Positions 15,639 through 20,222 of a DNA stretch of 20,222 bases are shown in pieces; position 1 is the stretch's first letter; each line of letters begins with the position of its first letter. The translations under genes and the position numbers were made by a program. The notes beneath the pieces are model-generated. The model was not told the origin of the DNA. It searched no databases and saw only the letters and a list, made by a program, of their open reading frames with translations. The stretch lies in assembly GCA_040235515.1 (NCBI GenBank), contig JBECKX010000187.1, forward strand, positions 1-20,222, written 5' to 3'. This stretch comes from Candidatus Zixiibacteriota bacterium. Lineage in GTDB: Bacteria; Zixibacteria; MSB-5A5; CAIYYT01.

Positions 15639-15751
15639 GATAGAGTCGTCGCAGTAGACACGCTCGCATTACGCTCAGACAATCCCGCCTGCACCCGGCA
15701 GATCACTATTCGGTACAACTGTTCGGTTCAATTGCAGAAAGTAGGTTCATA

Positions 15752-16864
15752 ATGGATCCGCGCGTAGAACGTCTCGCCGACATAATGGTGAATTATTCAA
15801 TCGAAGTGAAAAAAGGTGACCTGTTCAAGATTCAAGGCAGCTACCTGGCGCTGCCGCTGATCAAAGCAGCCTATCGGAAAGCACTGGAAGCAGGCGCGTA
15901 TCCCTATGTCGAGATACTGGTCGATGAAGTCTCCGAGATGTTCCTCAAGTATGGATCGGATGAACAGCTTCAATTCGTCTCGCCGCTACGAATGAATGAG
16001 GCCAAGACGATCGACTGCTATCTGCATATCTGGGCGAACGAGAATACTCGCTTCCTCACCGGTGTCGATCCCAAGCGACAGGCAAAAGCGCAAGCGGCGC
16101 GCAAACCGATTTCGGAAATCTATTTTCGCAGAACCGGTGACGGTGACCTGCGCTGGTGCGGCACCATGTTTCCGACCAACGCCCTGGCCCAGGACGCCGA
16201 AAAGTCGCTCGCTGAGTTCGAGGATTTCGTCTACGGCGCCGGCTACTGCGATACCGAGGACCCGATTTCGAAGTGGCAGGCGATTTCGAAAGAGCAGCAG
16301 AAAATCTGTGACGCCCTGATGAAGCTTAAGACCATCCATGTTAAGAGCGGCGATACCGATCTGCGCCTCAATGTCGAAGGGCGTAAATGGATCAACTGCG
16401 ACGGTAAAGAAAATTTCCCGGATGGTGAAGTGTTTACATCACCGCTGGAGAACTCAGCCAATGGTACGATCACCTACAGCTACCCGGCCGTCTATATGGG
16501 TAAGGAAGTCGAAAACGTTCGTTTGACTTTCAAGGATGGTGTGGTCGTGAAGAGTGAGGCGGGGAAGAACTATGAGTTCCTCAAAGAAATGCTTGCCGTG
16601 GACGAGGGGGCCAGCAAGATAGGGGAGTTTGCCATCGGCACAAATTACCATGTGCAAACCTACTCCAAGAATACACTCTTTGACGAAAAGATCGGCGGCA
16701 CCTGTCATCTCGCAGTCGGCAACGCCATCTACGAAGCCGGCGGCACCAACCAGTCAGCCATCCACTGGGACATGGTTTGCGAACTCCGCAATGGTGGCGA
16801 GATCTACGGCGACGATGAACTAATTTACAAAGATGGTAAGTTCGTCGAGGGATTCGCGGGGTAG
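15752..16864 (+). CDS. Aminopeptidase, M29 family (AmpS/AmpT/PepS)
   Basis: MDPRVERLA..VNYS, NFPDGEVFTSP, GEFAIG, LFDEKIGGTCHLAVG, SAIHWD. Confidence 0.92.
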   Translation: MDPRVERLADIMVNYSIEVKKGDLFKIQGSYLALPLIKAAYRKALEAGAYPYVEILVDEVSEMFLKYGSDEQLQFVSPLRMNEAKTIDCYLHIWANENTRFLTGVDPKRQAKAQAARKPISEIYFRRTGDGDLRWCGTMFPTNALAQDAEKSLAEFEDFVYGAGYCDTEDPISKWQAISKEQQKICDALMKLKTIHVKSGDTDLRLNVEGRKWINCDGKENFPDGEVFTSPLENSANGTITYSYPAVYMGKEVENVRLTFKDGVVVKSEAGKNYEFLKEMLAVDEGASKIGEFAIGTNYHVQTYSKNTLFDEKIGGTCHLAVGNAIYEAGGTNQSAIHWDMVCELRNGGEIYGDDELIYKDGKFVEGFAG

Positions 16865-16870
16865 ACAATA

Positions 16871-16920
16871 CTCTGTGAATCTCTGCGAATCTCTGTGAAA
16901 CTCTGCGAAACTCTGTGAAG
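16871..16920. repeat. Five tandem copies of a 10-bp unit CTCTG(T/C)GAAN
   Basis: CTCTGTGAAT CTCTGCGAAT CTCTGTGAAA CTCTGCGAAA CTCTGTGAAG. Confidence 0.95.
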
Positions 16921-16932
16921 AACAGGTCTTGT

Positions 16933-16958
16933 AAGGGCTCAGCCTGCTGAGCCCTTTT
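16933..16958 (+). terminator. Intrinsic terminator after the aminopeptidase
   Basis: AAGGGCTCAG-CCTG-CTGAGCCCTT followed by TTGT. Confidence 0.8.
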
Positions 16959-17010
16959 GTCTGCAGGTTAATCTGGTGAGATAAGACCTGCGGAGGTGTG
17001 GCACTGCACA

Positions 17011-17058
17011 CGTGACATTACTCACGTTTCATTACACTCCTTTCATTACAAACGTGAC
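17011..17058. repeat. Degenerate 14-bp-period direct repeats upstream of the K+ transporter
   Basis: CGTGACATTACTCA / CGTTTCATTACACT / CCTTTCATTACAAA / CGTGAC; CATTAC at 17016, 17030 and 17044. Confidence 0.7.
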
Positions 17059-17144
17059 GCATTCCTGCTGCGGCCGACCTGTTGATCTTCGACTACTAAT
17101 TTCCTCCTTTCACTCCCAATCAGAATCTTACATCTTACGCACCT

Positions 17145-18587
17145 ATGAAAACCGATCAAGCCCGCTTGTCGCAGCAAGCTTATCAATCACGGTTCTGGAC
17201 ACCGGAGAAACTGCTCGTGGGCAGCTTTGCGGGGATGATCCTGATCACGACGCTGCTTTTGATGCTCCCGCTGTCCGCCCGTCATGAGAACATCGGGTTT
17301 ATCGACGCGCTCTTCACGGCGACTTCCGCAACTTGTGTCACCGGGCTGGCGAGCGTCGACACCGGCTCAGCGCTCAGCCATACAGGGCAGATTTTCATAC
17401 TGATCGCCATCCAGCTCGGCGGGATCGGCATCATGACTTTTTCGACTTTCCTGCTCTACATCTTCGGTCGCAGCCTCAGCGTTCGCGATTCCGAACTGCT
17501 CAGCGGCTCCTTCGGCCGGACAAGCGGTACCTCGGCGCGAGGCCTGCTCTGGACGATTTTCGCCATCAGTATCATCATTGAAGGGATCGGTGCATTGTTG
17601 TTCTATCCCGAGTTCGCGAAAGTGATGCCGCGCGAGGATGCCATCTTCAGTTCGATCTTTCACTCGGTGAGCGCCTTCTGCAACGCGGGCTTCTCTCTCT
17701 TTCCCGACAGCCTGTCGCAATTCTACAAGAACCCCGTCGTCAACCTCACCTGCATGGTGCTGATCTTTCTCGGCGGTATCGGATTTCTCGCCTTTCTGGA
17801 ACTATTCCAGTACACCAAGTCTCGAATCCAGATGTTACTTGAAGCCCTGCGCCTGCGCCGCCGCAAAACCTTCGTTACGACAGCGCCATTCCGCTTCTCG
17901 ATCCACACGAAGATCGTGGTGGTCGCGAGCCTCGCACTGATCGTCGGCGGTGCAATCCTGATCGGTATCCTGGAGCTGAAGAATGTCGAGCAGGGGATGA
18001 GCCTCGACTCCAGAATCCTGACGTCGCTCTTTCAATCGGTGACCGCCCGGACCGCCGGATTTAACACGATCGACATCGGTGCTATGTCGGGGGCGACACT
18101 CTTTGTGATGATGGTGCTGATGTTCATCGGGGCCTCTCCCGGATCATGCGGCGGCGGGATCAAGGTTTCAACCTTCGCGATTCTAATGGGGATGGTGCGC
18201 ACAAGACTGAAGAAGGCCCAGCACGTTGTCTTCTTCGAGCGGCGTGTCGGTTCCTTTGTCCAGACCGAAGCGGTGACATTTGCGATCCTGGCAAGTATCG
18301 TCGTGGCATCCGGCGCGCTCCTGCTCCAGATTTCCGAAACCGCGGGGCTGTCGCGGCTCGAATCGCAGGGACAGTTTTTGGAGTTGTTATTCGAAGCAGT
18401 CTCGGCGTTCGGTACGGTGGGCCTCTCCACCGGGATCACTCCAACACTTTCGCCGGTAAGCAAACTGATCCTGATAGCACTGATGTTCATCGGCAGGGTA
18501 GGGCCGTTGACCCTCGCCCTGGCGGTCGGCAGACGCAGAATGCGCAGCAAACTCACCTATCCGGAGGGAAGAGTAGTAATTGGATAA
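17145..18587 (+). CDS. KtrB/TrkH-family potassium uptake membrane subunit
   Basis: Four pore loops with filter glycines (SATCVTGL, SAFCNAGF, TARTAGF, SAFGTVGL), FIGASPGSCGGGIK, MFIGRVGPL, C-terminal YPEGRVVIG (KtrB-like). Confidence 0.93.
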   Translation: MKTDQARLSQQAYQSRFWTPEKLLVGSFAGMILITTLLLMLPLSARHENIGFIDALFTATSATCVTGLASVDTGSALSHTGQIFILIAIQLGGIGIMTFSTFLLYIFGRSLSVRDSELLSGSFGRTSGTSARGLLWTIFAISIIIEGIGALLFYPEFAKVMPREDAIFSSIFHSVSAFCNAGFSLFPDSLSQFYKNPVVNLTCMVLIFLGGIGFLAFLELFQYTKSRIQMLLEALRLRRRKTFVTTAPFRFSIHTKIVVVASLALIVGGAILIGILELKNVEQGMSLDSRILTSLFQSVTARTAGFNTIDIGAMSGATLFVMMVLMFIGASPGSCGGGIKVSTFAILMGMVRTRLKKAQHVVFFERRVGSFVQTEAVTFAILASIVVASGALLLQISETAGLSRLESQGQFLELLFEAVSAFGTVGLSTGITPTLSPVSKLILIALMFIGRVGPLTLALAVGRRRMRSKLTYPEGRVVIG

Positions 18588-18650
18588 TGGCACTCAATTG
18601 AAATTTGTTATCTTCATTCCACTGAAGGCTCTGAAGGGAGTTGTGTTGAA

Positions 18651-19310
18651 GTGAAGACATTCGGAATAATCGGACTCAGCAGCTTCGGCTACTACCTCGC
18701 CCTTGACCTCGCCAAGGGCGGTAACGATGTGATCGTCATCGACAACGATGAAGAGCGCGTCGACAATATCAAGGACTACGTTGCCCGCGCGGTCGTAGGG
18801 GATGCCTCCGATCGCAAGACCCTTGAAGAACTCGAGCTGCAGCACTGCGACGTCGTAATCGTCAGCCTCGGAACCAGCATCGACGTGTCGATCCTCGCGA
18901 CTCTCTATCTCAAGGATATGGAAGTACCGCGCATCATCGTCAAGGCTATCAGCGAGGATCAGGGACGCATCGTCGAGTTGATCGGCGCCGACGATGTTAT
19001 CTTTCCTGAGAAAGACACCGCTCTGCGCGTTTCCACTCAACTGCAACATCCGAATGTGATCGAGCAGATGGCGCTGGGTGAGGATCTGCAGATCTCTGAG
19101 ATCGCAGTTCCCGACCGCTTCGTAGGGAAGACCCTCGGCGAACTTGACCTGATGAAACGCCACAACGTGCTCGTGGTGCTGATTCGCCAGACTCTGCCTG
19201 CCCGAACGACGCTCCTGCCGCGCGGCGACAGGAAGTTTCAACCGGATGAAATCCTGGTATTGCTCGGCGAAACCAAGTCGATCGAAAAACTTCAGAAGGA
19301 ACTGCAGTAG
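18651..19310 (+). CDS. KtrA/TrkA-family RCK regulatory subunit
   Basis: Rossmann start FGIIGLSSFG, VIVIDNDEERV, VVGDAS, IGADDVIFPE, RCK_C region (FVGKTLGEL); GTG start with AAGGGAG upstream. Confidence 0.92.
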   Translation: MKTFGIIGLSSFGYYLALDLAKGGNDVIVIDNDEERVDNIKDYVARAVVGDASDRKTLEELELQHCDVVIVSLGTSIDVSILATLYLKDMEVPRIIVKAISEDQGRIVELIGADDVIFPEKDTALRVSTQLQHPNVIEQMALGEDLQISEIAVPDRFVGKTLGELDLMKRHNVLVVLIRQTLPARTTLLPRGDRKFQPDEILVLLGETKSIEKLQKELQ

Positions 19311-19335
19311 TCCCCCCCAACCTGGAAAATTCCTC

Positions 19336-19364
19336 TTCACCTGTCACTCCAAAAGACGTACCTT
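19336..19364 (+). promoter_or_regulatory. Possible sigma70 promoter for the DUF3078-like gene
   Basis: TTCACC-N17-TACCTT. Confidence 0.3.
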
Positions 19365-19425
19365 CGGACTGCTGATACTGGACTCTTAGGTCAATACATT
19401 ATCAGGACATTTGAAGGAGAAGATA

Positions 19426-20222
19426 ATGACGAGATTTCTAATTCTGTTCGTGGGAATTCTGGCGGCGCTTGCGCCCACACTCGCTTTCGCCGAAGCTGCA
19501 GAGGACTCCCTCGCAGTCGGTGTCTGGGAGACAACACTCAAACTCGACCTGAACGCCGCGCAGACTGCCTATTCCGATTCCTGGGAGGGAGGAGCAGCCG
19601 GCTCATTCACCTGGGTTAGCCAGGTTTACGGCTCGGCGCAAAAACGATTTAACGAGTGGTTCCATTTCAAGTCGACCTTGAAAGCCTCGTTCGGCCAGAC
19701 CCTGACTCAGGATGCCGATACCAAGAACTGGAGCAAGCCACAAAAGGCCACCGATGAAATCGATTGGGAAAACATCGGCAAGTTCACACTCGGTTGGCCC
19801 GTCGATCCCTATACCGCCGTGCGGCTTGAAACTCAATTCTGGGACGCCTCCTATGAACCGATCGATCGCTACTTCAACCCGCTGCTGATCACTTACTCTG
19901 CCGGTGGCACTCATCTCTTCTATAAGAAGGAAAAGGATGAGATCACCTCGCGAGCCGGTTTCGCGGTGCGGCAGCTGATCCGAAGCGAAATCGATGATAC
20001 AACCGCCCAGACCACCCGCGATACCACAACGTGGGATGGCGGTATCGAATGGGTCACCGATGCCAAGCTGACCTTCAATGAACGCGTCAGCTATATCGGT
20101 AAATTGACGGTCTTCAAAGCGCTGTTCTACTCAGGTTCAGACGACTTGAAGGGAACCGAGTTCGAAGACTACTGGAAAGCAATCGACATGAATATGAAAA
20201 ACTCGCTGCTCTTCAAGATGAG
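19426..20222 (+). CDS. DUF3078-like outer-membrane beta-barrel protein, 3'-truncated by the window edge (absent from the ORF track)
   Basis: SD AAGGAG, ATG 19426, open frame to the window end: MTRFLILFVGILAALAPTLAFA (signal)...LNAAQTAYSDSWEGG...ASFGQT...KATDEID...DPY...ETQF...YFNP. Confidence 0.75.
   Translation, partial: MTRFLILFVGILAALAPTLAFAEAAEDSLAVGVWETTLKLDLNAAQTAYSDSWEGGAAGSFTWVSQVYGSAQKRFNEWFHFKSTLKASFGQTLTQDADTKNWSKPQKATDEIDWENIGKFTLGWPVDPYTAVRLETQFWDASYEPIDRYFNPLLITYSAGGTHLFYKKEKDEITSRAGFAVRQLIRSEIDDTTAQTTRDTTTWDGGIEWVTDAKLTFNERVSYIGKLTVFKALFYSGSDDLKGTEFEDYWKAIDMNMKNSLLFKM

Noticed and set aside
16871..16920. Possible CRISPR array
   Set aside because: Units are 10 bp and contiguous with no spacers; no cas genes in the window.
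16921..17000. c-di-AMP (ydaO/yuaA) riboswitch upstream of the K+ transporter, prompted by GGTTAATCTG and CGGAGG
   Set aside because: Lacks the 5' GCYGAAUC and 3' ACCCGACAGCUAAC elements and is too short.

Overview
The window is mostly gene-dense housekeeping and envelope sequence from a diderm bacterium. A cohesin-like plus T9SS/FlgD-type sorting-domain protein, small beta-barrels and a DUF3078-like gene suggest an FCB-superphylum lineage such as Ca. Zixibacteria (inference). Gene order: partial polysaccharide deacetylase (+), DUF59/SufT-like Fe-S assembly factor (+), secreted cohesin-like/T9SS-CTD protein (+). A long minus-strand run follows, in transcription order: two tandem S41 C-terminal proteases, SAM methyltransferase, cdd, deoC, thymidine phosphorylase, a 61-aa Cys4 protein, an archaemetzincin-like protein, an MrfA/YprA-type DUF1998 helicase and three small outer-membrane beta-barrels. 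The window ends with ogt, an M29 aminopeptidase, KtrB/TrkH, KtrA/TrkA and a partial DUF3078-like OMP (all +). I found no tRNA, rRNA, CRISPR array or transposase. Best leads: (1) an archaemetzincin homolog lacking all three catalytic His and the Glu but keeping its Cys4 site, between a Zn-ribbon gene and the helicase; (2) an apparently highly expressed cohesin-CTD fusion with structured UTRs, a possible surface anchor for dockerin proteins; (3) a recurring ECF-sigma-like promoter motif; (4) short tandem repeats around the aminopeptidase terminator. All family calls come from motif recognition by eye; no searches were run.
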